Part shown: one piece after another, positions 23,721-37,167 of the stretch
How positions within the stretch are numbered: position 1 is the stretch's first letter
Layout of the letters: every line of letters begins with the position of its first letter
Origin: Escherichia coli
GTDB taxonomy: Bacteria; Pseudomonadota; Gammaproteobacteria; Enterobacterales; Enterobacteriaceae
Reading direction: 5' to 3' (one strand)
Length of the DNA: 64,000 bases
Assembly: GCF_002854065.1 (NCBI RefSeq)
Contig: NZ_CP024147.1
Program-made: the position numbers and the translations under genes
Notes under the pieces: model-generated
What the model was told of the DNA's origin: nothing
What the model saw: the letters and a program-made list of their open reading frames with translations, nothing else
Databases searched by the model: none

Positions 23721-23796
23721 GGGTGATTAGCTCAGCTGGGAGAGCACCTCCCTTACAAGGAGGGGGTCGGCGGTTCGATCCCGTCATCACCCACCA
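23721..23796 (+). tRNA. valY: tRNA-Val (UAC)
   Basis: Identical copy of valU. Confidence 0.95.
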
Positions 23797-23800
23797 CTTC

Positions 23801-23876
23801 GGGTCGTTAGCTCAGTTGGTAGAGCAGTTGACTTTTAATCAATTGGTCGCAGGTTCGAATCCTGCACGACCCACCA
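23801..23876 (+). tRNA. lysV: tRNA-Lys (UUU)
   Basis: GGGTCGTTAGCTCAGTTGGTAGAGCAGTTGACTTTTAATCAATTGGTCGCAGGTTCGAATCCTGCACGACCCACCA, 4 nt after valY. Confidence 0.95.
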
Positions 23877-23881
23877 ATGTA

Positions 23882-23907
23882 AAAAAGCGCCCTAAAGGCG
23901 CTTTTTT
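23882..23907 (+). terminator. Terminator of the val-lys tRNA operon
   Basis: GCGCC-CTAAA-GGCGC hairpin followed by TTTTTT. Confidence 0.8.
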
Positions 23908-23940
23908 GCTATCTGCGATTTGTATGATTGATTTTTCTTC

Positions 23941-23967
23941 TCAAGTTCCTTGTTCTTCTACCGATAT
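23941..23967 (+). promoter_or_regulatory. Candidate sigma28 (FliA) promoter for the FlxA-like gene
   Basis: TCAAGTTC-N11-ACCGATAT versus consensus TAAAGTTT-N11-GCCGATAA (6/8 and 6/8, correct spacing), 29 bp upstream of the ATG. Confidence 0.45.
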
Positions 23968-23995
23968 TACCTCGTACAGTGACGAGGACTGAACA

Positions 23996-24337
23996 ATGGC
24001 CACTATCTCTTCAACTTCAATTCCTTCCATACAAACACAGAGTAGTAACAGGGCATCACAAGGTAGCGATGTTGCTTCACAAATCGCGCGGATAAGTCAG
24101 CAAATCATCAAACTCACTCAACAAATTAAAGAGATTGTAGATACTAGCGGCAGTGCTGAAGACAAGCAAAAACAGGCCGAATTGATTCAACAGCAAATCA
24201 CCCTACTGGAAACACAACTGGCGCAGTTGCAGAGACAGCAGGCAGAAAAGGCGCAGGAGAAAGAGCAGCGTTTGTCTCTGAATGTATCCCTTCTAAATCC
24301 TGTTGAAAATACGACTCATATCGATATCTATATCTGA
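23996..24337 (+). CDS. FlxA-like coiled-coil protein
   Basis: 113 aa, Q-rich coiled coil, C-terminal THIDIYI resembling the FlxA family tail, N-terminal Ser/Thr-rich segment; convergent 10-nt overlap with yfeR. Confidence 0.6.
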   Translation: MATISSTSIPSIQTQSSNRASQGSDVASQIARISQQIIKLTQQIKEIVDTSGSAEDKQKQAELIQQQITLLETQLAQLQRQQAEKAQEKEQRLSLNVSLLNPVENTTHIDIYI

Positions 24338-25254
24338 TACAACGGATCCCCTTCCCGACCAGCCATTAGCGCATTGCCCTGGTCTCGTACCACGTCCCAT
24401 AACGCTTCAGCGGCGGTGGAAAGTGAACGGTTCTTCCTGCGCACCAGCATCAACTGGCGTTCAACAACCGGCGTAATGCGCTTTACCACCAGCGGGCTAC
24501 CTTCAGGCAATGGTAGCGCCAGTGCGGGAAGAATACTGATGCCGATGCCTGCGGCTACCATCGGGAACAGCGTCGCCGGATGTCCAATCTCCTGCACAAT
24601 ATTCGCCTGAATACCATTGCGCGCCAGCGCTGCGTCAATCAGCGGTCGGCTGCCTGACGCGTAATCCTGCAACACCAATTTCGCTCCCTGTAATGCCTGC
24701 CAGGGTACATAATCTTCCACGGTCAAAGCGCTATCGCGATGGCAAAGCAGAAAGAAAGGCTCGGAAAGAATCGCTTCACATTGCAGATCGCCCACTGGGC
24801 CTGGATCGATGACGATGCCAAAGTCGACATCTCCCTGGCGAATACTTTCCATCACCCACTGCTGCGGACGATCGTGCAGGACAAACTGAATATCTGGATA
24901 GCGGCGATGGCTTTCAGCAATGCATTGCGGAATAAGATGCGCGGAAATGGTCTGGCTGGCAGCGACCCGAACTTTTCCGCTCAGTTGTTGCCCCATACGC
25001 CCGGTATCGCGCAACGTGCTGTTAAGTTCATCCAGCAGTCGCTCAAGACGCAAAGCCAACTGCTGCCCTGCATCTGTAAGCACCACTTCACGCGTGGTTC
25101 TGTCCAGCAGGCGAACACCAGTATGATTTTCCAGCTCCTTCACACTGTGACTTACTGCCGACTGGCTCAGGCCGATACGCTCTCCTGCACGACTAAAACT
25201 TTTCTCCTGCGCTACTGTGACGAAAACCTTTAATTGTTTTAAAGAATAATTCAT
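24328..25254 (-). CDS. yfeR: LysR-family transcriptional regulator YfeR
   Basis: 308 aa, N-terminal LysR HTH ([23 protein letters not shown]). Confidence 0.85.
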   Translation of the reverse strand: MNYSLKQLKVFVTVAQEKSFSRAGERIGLSQSAVSHSVKELENHTGVRLLDRTTREVVLTDAGQQLALRLERLLDELNSTLRDTGRMGQQLSGKVRVAASQTISAHLIPQCIAESHRRYPDIQFVLHDRPQQWVMESIRQGDVDFGIVIDPGPVGDLQCEAILSEPFFLLCHRDSALTVEDYVPWQALQGAKLVLQDYASGSRPLIDAALARNGIQANIVQEIGHPATLFPMVAAGIGISILPALALPLPEGSPLVVKRITPVVERQLMLVRRKNRSLSTAAEALWDVVRDQGNALMAGREGDPLYQI

Positions 25255-25343
25255 CTGTTTTCTTCATGAATGGATGCAATAAATCAATTTTATTTCTCAA
25301 ACTGGAAGAAGCACAATAGAACCATCGATCATCTGGAGTCTTT

Positions 25344-26342
25344 ATGAAACTTTTTCGTATCCTCGATCCTTTCACCTTAACCCTGATCACGGTGGTGTTG
25401 CTGGCCTCTTTCTTTCCGGCCAGAGGCGATTTCGTCCCCTTCTTTGAAAATCTGACCACCGCAGCTATTGCCCTGCTGTTCTTTATGCACGGCGCGAAGT
25501 TGTCGCGTGAGGCGATTATTGCTGGCGGTGGTCACTGGCGACTGCATTTGTGGGTAATGTGCAGCACCTTCGTGCTGTTTCCGATTCTGGGTGTACTGTT
25601 TGCCTGGTGGAAACCGGTAAATGTCGACCCGATGCTCTACTCCGGTTTTCTCTACTTGTGCATTCTCCCGGCTACCGTGCAGTCTGCAATCGCCTTCACG
25701 TCAATGGCGGGCGGTAACGTCGCGGCGGCGGTTTGTTCTGCGTCAGCATCCAGCCTGCTGGGGATTTTCCTTTCACCATTGCTGGTTGGTCTGGTGATGA
25801 ATGTTCACGGTGCAGGGGGCAGCCTTGAGCAAGTCGGTAAAATTATGCTGCAACTGCTGCTGCCGTTTGTGTTGGGGCATCTTTCCCGGCCGTGGATTGG
25901 TGACTGGGTGTCGCGCAATAAAAAATGGATTGCGAAAACTGACCAGACGTCCATTCTGTTAGTGGTTTATACAGCGTTCAGCGAAGCCGTCGTTAATGGT
26001 ATCTGGCATAAAGTTGGCTGGGGATCATTGCTGTTTATCGTGGTGGTCAGCTGCGTTCTTCTGGCTATCGTGATTGTAGTTAACGTCTTTATGGCACGCC
26101 GACTGGGCTTCAATAAAGCAGATGAAATTACTATCGTCTTTTGTGGTTCGAAAAAGAGTCTGGCAAATGGCATCCCGATGGCAAACATTCTGTTCCCCAC
26201 ATCGGTGATCGGTATGATGGTGCTGCCCCTGATGATTTTCCATCAGATCCAATTGATGGTCTGTGCGGTGCTGGCGCGTCGATACAAACGCCAGACCGAA
26301 CAGTTACAGGCGCAGCAGGAAAGCAGCACCGATAAAGCTTAA
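25344..26342 (+). CDS. yfeH: Bile acid:sodium symporter family membrane protein YfeH
   Basis: 332-aa polytopic membrane protein, position matches K-12. Confidence 0.85.
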   Translation: MKLFRILDPFTLTLITVVLLASFFPARGDFVPFFENLTTAAIALLFFMHGAKLSREAIIAGGGHWRLHLWVMCSTFVLFPILGVLFAWWKPVNVDPMLYSGFLYLCILPATVQSAIAFTSMAGGNVAAAVCSASASSLLGIFLSPLLVGLVMNVHGAGGSLEQVGKIMLQLLLPFVLGHLSRPWIGDWVSRNKKWIAKTDQTSILLVVYTAFSEAVVNGIWHKVGWGSLLFIVVVSCVLLAIVIVVNVFMARRLGFNKADEITIVFCGSKKSLANGIPMANILFPTSVIGMMVLPLMIFHQIQLMVCAVLARRYKRQTEQLQAQQESSTDKA

Positions 26343-26557
26343 AGCGGACGCTTCAGGGGCTGGACCAGTTGCGTCAGCCCCTCGGTTTTAATCAGCAGCG
26401 TGATTTGCATTAGCTCACCGAGCTTCCCTGCCGGGAACTCATCTTTGCGGGCAAACCACAGCAGATACTCCTCCGGCAGGTCGATTAAGCGACGCCCTTT
26501 GTATTTGCCAAACGGCATTATCGTATTGGCTATTTCAATCAGCTGCTCTTTTTCCAT
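26339..26557 (-). CDS. ypeB: Small protein YpeB (DUF3820)
   Basis: 72 aa from ATG 26557 (MEKEQLIEIANTIMPFGKYKGRRLIDLPEEYLLWF); ORF track opens at an upstream Met overlapping ligA. Confidence 0.75.
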   Translation of the reverse strand: MEKEQLIEIANTIMPFGKYKGRRLIDLPEEYLLWFARKDEFPAGKLGELMQITLLIKTEGLTQLVQPLKRPL

Positions 26558-26558
26558 C

Positions 26559-28583
<2,025 letters not shown>

Positions 28584-28644
28584 TCAATGCTAAAAACCCC
28601 CGACAAGCGGGGGTTCGAAGAGGAGTTAATTTGCCTTAAGTGTA

Positions 28645-29643
28645 TCAGGCGTTGGCGTCTTTGACTTCGCGGATGATGTCCTGGTACTCACGCAATTTCT
28701 GCGGAGTCATCATACGGCGCTGATCGTCAAGCACGACACCGCCCACTTCATCGGCAATATGCTGCGCAGATTGCAGCATCAGCTTGAAGTTCTGCAGCTC
28801 GTCACCGTAAGACGGTACCTGCATAAAGATAGTGACACCCGGAGTAGTGAAATCCTTCATTTCAGGATCAAAGGTTCCCGGTTTCACCATATTCGCCAGG
28901 CTGAATAACGCCGGGCCGCTGCCATCCGGGCTAAGATGACGATGGTAAATATTCATATCGCCAAAAATGAAGCCCGCTTGTTGAATGCTGTTAAGAAGCA
29001 GTTCACCGTTTAGCTCGCTACCGTGATGCGCCGCGACGTTCATGATAATCACCGCTTCTTTGCGCTTCGGTTTATCCATAACTGGAGCCGGTTCCGCTAC
29101 AGGCTCAGGCTGTGGTGCCGCTACGGGTTCTGCAGGCTGGAAAGCCTGTTGTGCCGGTTGCGGTGCTGAATGCACTGGCTGCGGCGCTGGCGCGACCTGT
29201 GGCGAAACTGGCTGCTGCAACGGCTGTTCAGGCTGCGGCTGATAGGCAGGCTGCTGCACGGGTTGCTGCACCGGCTGCGCTGGACGCGGAGCATGTTGCG
29301 GCGGTACCTGCGCTTCAGGCGGCTGCTGGACCGGTTGACGCGGCTGCGCAGACGCATAAGGCGGTTGGTACTGGTGTTGCGGCGACGGACGAGCAGCCTC
29401 ATGCTCCTGGGCGTTAGCCGGGGCATGATTCACGCGGTGAACACGAACCTCACCAACGCCCTCATCATCTTCGACATCCTCGTCATAAGAATCGTCGTCA
29501 CGTTTTGACTTCATTCGTTTTAATGGCCGATCGCGGAACATAGAAGATCGTTCTTTACGGCTGGTCCAGAAACCATGTACCAGTAAAGCGATTATGGCGA
29601 TCGCGCCAACAATGATTAATATCAGACGCAAATCCTGCATCAT
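28645..29643 (-). CDS. zipA: Cell division protein ZipA
   Basis: 332 aa from [26 protein letters not shown]; N-terminal TM anchor, long P/Q-rich linker, C-terminal FtsZ-binding domain. Confidence 0.9.
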
Positions 29644-29872
29644 TATATTCTCTGTTGTTCTAACACCTTGCCACCACGGCAAACATTTACTCACTAAGAG
29701 TATTTGCCGATTACCTCAAGTGCAAGTGCACTATTAACTTTCACAGCACAAAGATAGATGAAATCGTGCTTTTTGCTGTTTTTTCGAACATATCCTAACT
29801 GTCCATTGCGCAATTACCCGGTAAAATACGCACAATTTTCCTGGGATTGGTCAAAAGGAGCTCATCCTGATT

Positions 29873-30634
29873 ATGGTTTCATCATTCACATCTGCCCCAC
29901 GCAGCGGTTTTTACTATTTTGCGCAAGGCTGGAAGCTCGTCTCGCAACCTGGGATTCGGCGTTTCGTTATTTTACCGCTGCTGGTCAATATTTTGTTGAT
30001 GGGGGGCGCATTCTGGTGGCTCTTTACGCAACTCGATGTCTGGATCCCGACTCTCATGAGTTATGTTCCGGACTGGTTACAATGGCTGAGCTATCTGTTG
30101 TGGCCTCTGGCTGTCATCTCTGTGCTGTTAGTGTTTGGCTATTTCTTCTCCACGATTGCTAACTGGATTGCCGCTCCGTTTAACGGTTTATTGGCTGAAC
30201 AACTGGAAGCACGATTGACTGGCGCTACACCGCCAGATACCGGGATTTTCGGTATCATGAAAGATGTGCCGCGAATCATGAAACGCGAATGGCAAAAATT
30301 TGCCTGGTATCTGCCGCGCGCAATTGTATTACTAATTCTTTACTTCATCCCTGGTATTGGGCAAACCGTCGCGCCGGTACTGTGGTTCCTGTTTAGCGCC
30401 TGGATGTTAGCCATCCAGTATTGCGATTACCCCTTCGATAACCACAAAGTGCCGTTTAAAGAGATGCGCACCGCCCTGCGCACACGCAAAATCACCAATA
30501 TGCAGTTTGGTGCTTTAACCAGCCTGTTTACGATGATCCCGCTGCTTAATCTGTTCATCATGCCCGTTGCCGTTTGTGGCGCGACGGCGATGTGGGTCGA
30601 TTGCTATCGCGATAAACACGCAATGTGGCGGTAA
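29873..30634 (+). CDS. cysZ: Sulfate transporter CysZ
   Basis: 253-aa membrane protein, position upstream of cysK. Confidence 0.9.
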
Positions 30635-30818
30635 CAATCTACCGGTTATTTTGTAAACCGTTTGTGTGAAACAGGGGTGGCTTATGCCGCCCCTTATTCC
30701 ATCTTGCATGTCATTATTTCCCTTCTGCATATAGATATGCTAAATCCTTACTTCCGCATATTCTCTGAGCGGGTATGCTACCTGTTGTATCCCAATTTCA
30801 TACAGTTAAGGACAGGCC

Positions 30819-31790
30819 ATGAGTAAGATTTTTGAAGATAACTCGCTGACTATCGGTCACACGCCGCTGGTTCGCCTGAATCGCATCGGTAACGGACGCA
30901 TTCTGGCAAAGGTGGAATCTCGTAACCCCAGCTTCAGCGTTAAGTGCCGTATCGGTGCCAACATGATTTGGGATGCCGAAAAGCGCGGCGTGCTGAAACC
31001 AGGCGTTGAACTGGTTGAACCGACCAGCGGTAATACCGGGATTGCACTGGCCTATGTCGCTGCCGCTCGCGGTTACAAACTCACCCTGACCATGCCAGAA
31101 ACCATGAGTATTGAACGCCGCAAGCTGCTGAAAGCGTTAGGTGCAAACCTGGTGCTGACCGAAGGTGCTAAAGGCATGAAAGGCGCAATCCAAAAAGCAG
31201 AAGAAATTGTCGCCAGCAATCCAGAGAAATACCTGCTGCTGCAACAATTCAGCAATCCGGCAAACCCTGAAATTCACGAAAAAACCACCGGTCCGGAGAT
31301 CTGGGAAGATACCGACGGTCAGGTTGATGTATTTATTGCTGGCGTTGGGACTGGCGGTACGCTGACTGGCGTCAGCCGCTACATTAAAGGCACCAAAGGC
31401 AAGACCGATCTTATCTCTGTCGCCGTTGAGCCAACCGATTCTCCAGTTATCGCCCAGGCGCTGGCAGGTGAAGAGATTAAACCTGGCCCGCATAAAATTC
31501 AGGGTATTGGCGCTGGTTTTATCCCGGCTAACCTCGATCTCAAGCTGGTCGATAAAGTCATTGGCATCACCAATGAAGAAGCCATTTCTACCGCCCGTCG
31601 TCTAATGGAAGAAGAAGGTATTCTTGCAGGTATCTCTTCTGGAGCAGCTGTTGCCGGGGCGTTGAAACTACAAGAAGATGAAATCTTTACCAACAAGAAT
31701 ATTGTGGTTATTCTACCATCATCGGGTGAGCGTTATTTAAGCACCGCATTGTTTGCCGATCTCTTCACTGAGAAAGAATTGCAACAGTAA
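30819..31790 (+). CDS. cysK: Cysteine synthase A (O-acetylserine sulfhydrylase A)
   Basis: 323 aa, PLP-binding SVKCRIG motif, [10 protein letters not shown]. Confidence 0.95.
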   Translation: MSKIFEDNSLTIGHTPLVRLNRIGNGRILAKVESRNPSFSVKCRIGANMIWDAEKRGVLKPGVELVEPTSGNTGIALAYVAAARGYKLTLTMPETMSIERRKLLKALGANLVLTEGAKGMKGAIQKAEEIVASNPEKYLLLQQFSNPANPEIHEKTTGPEIWEDTDGQVDVFIAGVGTGGTLTGVSRYIKGTKGKTDLISVAVEPTDSPVIAQALAGEEIKPGPHKIQGIGAGFIPANLDLKLVDKVIGITNEEAISTARRLMEEEGILAGISSGAAVAGALKLQEDEIFTNKNIVVILPSSGERYLSTALFADLFTEKELQQ

Positions 31791-31812
31791 TGCCAGCTTG
31801 TTAAAAATGCGT

Positions 31813-31840
31813 AAAAAAGCACCTTTTCAGGTGCTTTTTT
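31813..31840 (+). terminator. cysK terminator
   Basis: GCACC-TTTTCA-GGTGC hairpin followed by TTTTTT. Confidence 0.75.
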
Positions 31841-32173
31841 GTGGCCTGCTTCAAACTTTCGCCCCTCCTGGCATTGATTCAGCCTGTCGGAACTGGTATT
31901 TAACCAGACTAATTATTTTGATGCGCGAAATTAATCGTTACAGGAAAAGCCAAAGCTGAATCGATTTTATGATTTGGTTCAATTCTTCCTTTAGCGGCAT
32001 AATGTTTAATGACGTACGAAACGTCAGCGGTCAACACCCGCCAGCAATGGACTGTATTGCGCTCTTCGTGCGTCGCGTCTGTTAAAAACTGGCGCTAACA
32101 ATACAGGCTAAAGTCGAACCGCCAGGCTAGACTTTAGTTCCACAACACTAAACCTATAAGTTGGGGAAATACA

Positions 32174-32431
32174 ATGTTCCAGCAAGAAGTTACCATTACC
32201 GCTCCGAACGGTCTGCACACCCGCCCTGCTGCCCAGTTTGTAAAAGAAGCTAAGGGCTTCACTTCTGAAATTACTGTGACTTCCAACGGCAAAAGCGCCA
32301 GCGCGAAAAGCCTGTTTAAACTGCAGACTCTGGGCCTGACTCAAGGTACCGTTGTGACTATCTCCGCAGAAGGCGAAGACGAGCAGAAAGCGGTTGAACA
32401 TCTGGTTAAACTGATGGCGGAACTCGAGTAA
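32174..32431 (+). CDS. ptsH: PTS phosphocarrier protein HPr
   Basis: 85 aa, [29 protein letters not shown] with active-site His15. Confidence 0.97.
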
Positions 32432-32475
32432 TTTCCCGGGTTCTTTTAAAAATCAGTCACAAGTAAGGTAGGGTT

Positions 32476-34203
32476 ATGATTTCAGGCATTTTAGCATCCC
32501 CGGGTATCGCTTTCGGTAAAGCTCTGCTTCTGAAAGAAGACGAAATTGTCATTGACCGGAAAAAAATTTCTGCCGACCAGGTTGATCAGGAAGTTGAACG
32601 TTTTCTGAGCGGTCGTGCCAAGGCATCAGCCCAGCTGGAAACGATCAAAACGAAAGCTGGTGAAACGTTCGGTGAAGAAAAAGAAGCCATCTTTGAAGGG
32701 CATATTATGCTGCTCGAAGATGAGGAGCTGGAGCAGGAAATCATAGCCCTGATTAAAGATAAACACATGACAGCTGACGCAGCTGCTCATGAAGTTATCG
32801 AAGGTCAGGCTTCTGCCCTGGAAGAGCTGGATGATGAATACCTGAAAGAACGTGCGGCTGACGTACGTGATATCGGTAAGCGCCTGCTGCGCAACATCCT
32901 GGGCCTGAAGATTATCGACCTGAGCGCCATTCAGGATGAAGTCATTCTGGTTGCCGCTGACCTGACGCCGTCCGAAACCGCACAGCTGAACCTGAAGAAG
33001 GTGCTGGGTTTCATCACCGACGCGGGTGGCCGTACTTCCCACACCTCTATCATGGCGCGTTCTCTGGAACTGCCTGCTATCGTGGGTACCGGTAGCGTCA
33101 CCTCTCAGGTGAAAAATGACGACTATCTGATTCTGGATGCCGTAAATAATCAGGTTTACGTCAATCCAACCAACGAAGTTATTGATAAAATGCGCGCTGT
33201 TCAGGAGCAAGTGGCTTCTGAAAAAGCAGAGCTTGCTAAACTGAAAGATCTGCCAGCTATTACGCTGGACGGTCACCAGGTAGAAGTGTGCGCTAACATT
33301 GGTACGGTTCGTGACGTTGAAGGTGCAGAGCGTAACGGCGCTGAAGGCGTTGGTCTGTATCGTACTGAGTTCCTGTTCATGGACCGCGACGCGCTGCCCA
33401 CTGAAGAAGAACAGTTTGCTGCTTACAAAGCAGTGGCTGAAGCGTGTGGCTCGCAGGCGGTTATCGTTCGTACCATGGACATCGGCGGCGACAAAGAGCT
33501 GCCATACATGAACTTCCCGAAAGAAGAGAACCCGTTCCTCGGCTGGCGCGCTATCCGTATCGCGATGGATCGTAAAGAGATCCTGCGCGATCAGCTCCGC
33601 GCTATCCTGCGTGCCTCGGCTTTCGGTAAATTGCGCATTATGTTCCCGATGATCATCTCTGTTGAAGAAGTGCGTGCACTGCGCAAAGAGATCGAAATTT
33701 ACAAACAGGAACTGCGCGACGAAGGTAAAGCGTTTGACGAGTCAATTGAAATCGGCGTAATGGTGGAAACACCGGCTGCCGCAACAATTGCACGTCATTT
33801 AGCCAAAGAAGTTGATTTCTTTAGTATCGGCACCAATGATTTAACGCAGTACACTCTGGCAGTTGACCGTGGTAATGATATGATTTCACACCTTTACCAG
33901 CCAATGTCACCGTCCGTGCTGAACTTGATCAAGCAAGTTATTGATGCTTCTCATGCTGAAGGCAAATGGACTGGCATGTGTGGTGAGCTTGCTGGCGATG
34001 AACGTGCTACACTTCTGTTGCTGGGGATGGGTCTGGACGAATTCTCTATGAGCGCCATTTCTATCCCGCGCATTAAGAAGATTATCCGTAACACGAACTT
34101 CGAAGATGCGAAGGTGTTAGCAGAGCAGGCTCTTGCTCAACCGACAACGGACGAGTTAATGACGCTGGTTAACAAGTTCATTGAAGAAAAAACAATCTGC
34201 TAA
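32476..34203 (+). CDS. ptsI: PTS enzyme I
   Basis: 575 aa, [40 protein letters not shown] phosphohistidine region. Confidence 0.97.
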   Translation: MISGILASPGIAFGKALLLKEDEIVIDRKKISADQVDQEVERFLSGRAKASAQLETIKTKAGETFGEEKEAIFEGHIMLLEDEELEQEIIALIKDKHMTADAAAHEVIEGQASALEELDDEYLKERAADVRDIGKRLLRNILGLKIIDLSAIQDEVILVAADLTPSETAQLNLKKVLGFITDAGGRTSHTSIMARSLELPAIVGTGSVTSQVKNDDYLILDAVNNQVYVNPTNEVIDKMRAVQEQVASEKAELAKLKDLPAITLDGHQVEVCANIGTVRDVEGAERNGAEGVGLYRTEFLFMDRDALPTEEEQFAAYKAVAEACGSQAVIVRTMDIGGDKELPYMNFPKEENPFLGWRAIRIAMDRKEILRDQLRAILRASAFGKLRIMFPMIISVEEVRALRKEIEIYKQELRDEGKAFDESIEIGVMVETPAAATIARHLAKEVDFFSIGTNDLTQYTLAVDRGNDMISHLYQPMSPSVLNLIKQVIDASHAEGKWTGMCGELAGDERATLLLLGMGLDEFSMSAISIPRIKKIIRNTNFEDAKVLAEQALAQPTTDELMTLVNKFIEEKTIC

Positions 34204-34243
34204 TCCACGAGATGCGGCCCAATTTACTGCTTAGGAGAAGATC

Positions 34244-34753
34244 ATGGGTTTGTTCGATAAACTGAAATCTCTGGTTTCCGACGACAAGAAGGATACCGGA
34301 ACTATTGAGATCATTGCTCCGCTCTCTGGCGAGATCGTCAATATCGAAGACGTGCCGGATGTCGTTTTTGCGGAAAAAATCGTTGGTGATGGTATTGCTA
34401 TCAAACCAACGGGTAACAAAATGGTCGCGCCTGTAGACGGCACCATTGGTAAAATCTTTGAAACCAACCACGCATTCTCTATCGAATCTGATAGCGGCGT
34501 TGAACTGTTCGTCCACTTCGGTATCGACACCGTTGAACTGAAAGGCGAAGGCTTCAAGCGTATTGCTGAAGAAGGTCAGCGCGTGAAAGTTGGCGATACT
34601 GTCATTGAATTTGATCTGCCGCTGCTGGAAGAGAAAGCCAAGTCTACCCTGACTCCGGTTGTTATCTCCAACATGGACGAAATCAAAGAACTGATCAAAC
34701 TGTCCGGTAGCGTGACTGTGGGTGAAACCCCGGTTATCCGCATCAAGAAGTAA
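34244..34753 (+). CDS. crr: Glucose-specific PTS enzyme IIA (Crr)
   Basis: 169 aa, [50 protein letters not shown]. Confidence 0.97.
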
Positions 34754-34772
34754 TTCTTGCCGCAGTGAAAAA

Positions 34773-34797
34773 TGGCGCCCATCGGCGCCATTTTTTT
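34773..34797. terminator. Bidirectional terminator shared by crr and pdxK
   Basis: TGGCGCC-CATC-GGCGCCA hairpin, T7 run overlapping the pdxK stop codon. Confidence 0.8.
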
Positions 34798-35647
34798 ATG
34801 CTTCCGCCAGCGGCGGCAAAATCAATTCATCGCTCTCATGCTGCTGGGTGTAGCGCATCACTTCCAGTACGCGCAACCCCGCGCGGTGCACCGCATCGTT
34901 TAATGCCTTCCCTTTCAGCAAACCACTGATAAGCTGAGCACAAAACAGGTCGCCAGTCCCTTTCAGGTCGGTTTTTACCCGTGAATGGGAAATGACATTC
35001 ACGCTGTCGGCAGTGACCACCACAACCTGCATCTCCTGATTTTCTTCATTACCGGAGGCGCTGGTAATCACCACCCATTTTAATGTGTCTGAAAGCAGAC
35101 TTTTTGCGGCAGCAATGGCACTGTCGAGATCGCGGCAATTTTTACCGGTCAGGATTTCCAACTCAAAGATATTGGGGGTAATTCCCTGCGCCAGCGGCAG
35201 TAAATATTGTCGATACGCTTCGGGAAGGTCAGGTTTGACATAAATTCCGCTGTCAATATCGCCAATCACCGGATCGACCATGATCAATAGGTCAGGATGG
35301 TCTTTGCGTAGCGCAGTCAGCCACTCGGCAAGGATTTTGATTTGCGATGCCGTTCCCATATAGCCCGTGGTTACAGCACGAAGTTGGCGCAGCGCATCAC
35401 GCTCCTGAAGCGCACGCAAATAGCCGCTAAACCATTCGTCCGGAATCGCACCACCGTAGAAAGTGTCATAATGCGGCGTATTGCTCAGCAATACCGTCGG
35501 CACGGCAAAGACATTCAGGCCGTTCTGTTTGATAGCAGGCACGGCAATGCTGTTGCCTACGCTGCCGTACACTACCTGCGACTGCACGGCGACGATATCC
35601 GCCTGCAGTGCCCTGCTCTTATCGTTAAACAACAACAAACTACTCAT
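34796..35647 (-). CDS. pdxK: Pyridoxal/pyridoxine/pyridoxamine kinase PdxK
   Basis: 283 aa, ribokinase-like fold motifs (DPVIGD, GTGDLF). Confidence 0.9.
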   Translation of the reverse strand: MSSLLLFNDKSRALQADIVAVQSQVVYGSVGNSIAVPAIKQNGLNVFAVPTVLLSNTPHYDTFYGGAIPDEWFSGYLRALQERDALRQLRAVTTGYMGTASQIKILAEWLTALRKDHPDLLIMVDPVIGDIDSGIYVKPDLPEAYRQYLLPLAQGITPNIFELEILTGKNCRDLDSAIAAAKSLLSDTLKWVVITSASGNEENQEMQVVVVTADSVNVISHSRVKTDLKGTGDLFCAQLISGLLKGKALNDAVHRAGLRVLEVMRYTQQHESDELILPPLAEA

Positions 35648-35660
35648 TTAATTTTTTCTC

Positions 35661-36120
<460 letters not shown>

Positions 36121-36122
36121 TC

Positions 36123-37034
36123 TTAAATCCCCGCCCCCTGACTAAAATGCTCTTCCCCAAACACCCCGGTGGAAAGGTAGCGATCGCCACGATCGCAGAT
36201 GATCGCTACCACCACCGCACCAGGGTTAGCTTTTGCCACCCGCAGTGCTCCGGCAACCGCGCCGCCGGAGCTGACGCCACAGAATATTCCTTCCCGCACC
36301 GCCAGTTCGCGCATGGTGTTTTCCGCATCGCGCTGATGAATATCCAGCACCTCATCCACCAGAGAAGCGTTGAAAATCCCCGGCAGATATTCCGCAGGCC
36401 AGCGGCGAATGCCGGGAATGCTACTGCCCTCTTCCGGCTGCAGGCCAACAATGGTCACCGGTTTGGATTGTTCGCGCATAAAGCGTGAAACGCCGGTGAT
36501 AGTGCCGGTTGTTCCCATGCTGGAGACAAAATGGGTAATGCGCCCGCCAGTCTGCTGCCAGATTTCCGGCCCGGTAGTGGTGTAATGGGCGTAAGGGTTA
36601 TCGGGATTGTTGAACTGATCGAGCAGCTTTCCTTCACCACGATTCGCCATCTCCAGCGCCAGATCGCGCGCACCTTCCATGCCCTGCTCTTTGGTGACAA
36701 GAATCAGTTCCGCACCATAAGCACGCATCGCCGCACGGCGTTCCTGACTCATGTTGTCGGGCATCAGCAATTTCATGCGATAGCCTTTAAGCGCGGCAAT
36801 CATTGCCAGCGCAATGCCGGTGTTACCACTGGTGGCTTCGATTAACACATCACCCGGTTTAATTTCCCCGCGCTTTTCCGCCTCGACGATCATCCAAAGC
36901 GCAGCACGATCTTTCACCGAACCTGCCGGGTTATTGCCTTCCAGTTTTAACCACACTTCACTGCCGTTATTCGGCCCCATTCGCTGCAACTTCACCAGAG
37001 GCGTATTGCCTATTGTTTGTTCTAATGTACTCAC
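36123..37034 (-). CDS. cysM: Cysteine synthase B (O-acetylserine sulfhydrylase B)
   Basis: 303 aa from GTG 37034 (VSTLEQTIGNTPLVKLQRMG); ORF track opens at an upstream Met. Confidence 0.9.
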   Translation of the reverse strand: MSTLEQTIGNTPLVKLQRMGPNNGSEVWLKLEGNNPAGSVKDRAALWMIVEAEKRGEIKPGDVLIEATSGNTGIALAMIAALKGYRMKLLMPDNMSQERRAAMRAYGAELILVTKEQGMEGARDLALEMANRGEGKLLDQFNNPDNPYAHYTTTGPEIWQQTGGRITHFVSSMGTTGTITGVSRFMREQSKPVTIVGLQPEEGSSIPGIRRWPAEYLPGIFNASLVDEVLDIHQRDAENTMRELAVREGIFCGVSSGGAVAGALRVAKANPGAVVVAIICDRGDRYLSTGVFGEEHFSQGAGI

Positions 37035-37057
37035 GATCTCTGTCCATACGTGGTGTC

Positions 37058-37093
37058 GCCTGATGCGACGCTTGCGCGTCTTATCAGGCCTAC
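37058..37093. repeat. REP element between cysM and cysA
   Basis: GCCTGATGCGACGCTTGCGCGTCTTATCAGGCCTAC. Confidence 0.8.
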
Positions 37094-37167
37094 AGGTTAC
37101 AAACCTTGCCATTAAAAAACCCGGATCGCGGGAAGCGCCTCCGGGCGTTTAACATTCACTCAACCTA

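Noticed and set aside
23479-23876. Three near-identical 76-bp units with short spacers (CRISPR-like periodicity)
   Set aside because: They are tandem tRNA-Val genes followed by tRNA-Lys; the spacers are tRNA operon spacers and no cas genes are nearby.
29042-29508. Overlapping ORFs and repetitive GC-rich DNA that might suggest a repeat array
   Set aside because: This is the Pro/Gln-rich linker coding region of zipA; the repetition is codon-level low complexity, not CRISPR or another repeat element.
31850-32170. Possible CRP and Mlc sites and multiple promoters upstream of ptsH
   Set aside because: The region is known to be regulated, but I could not place specific operators confidently by eye, so none is listed.
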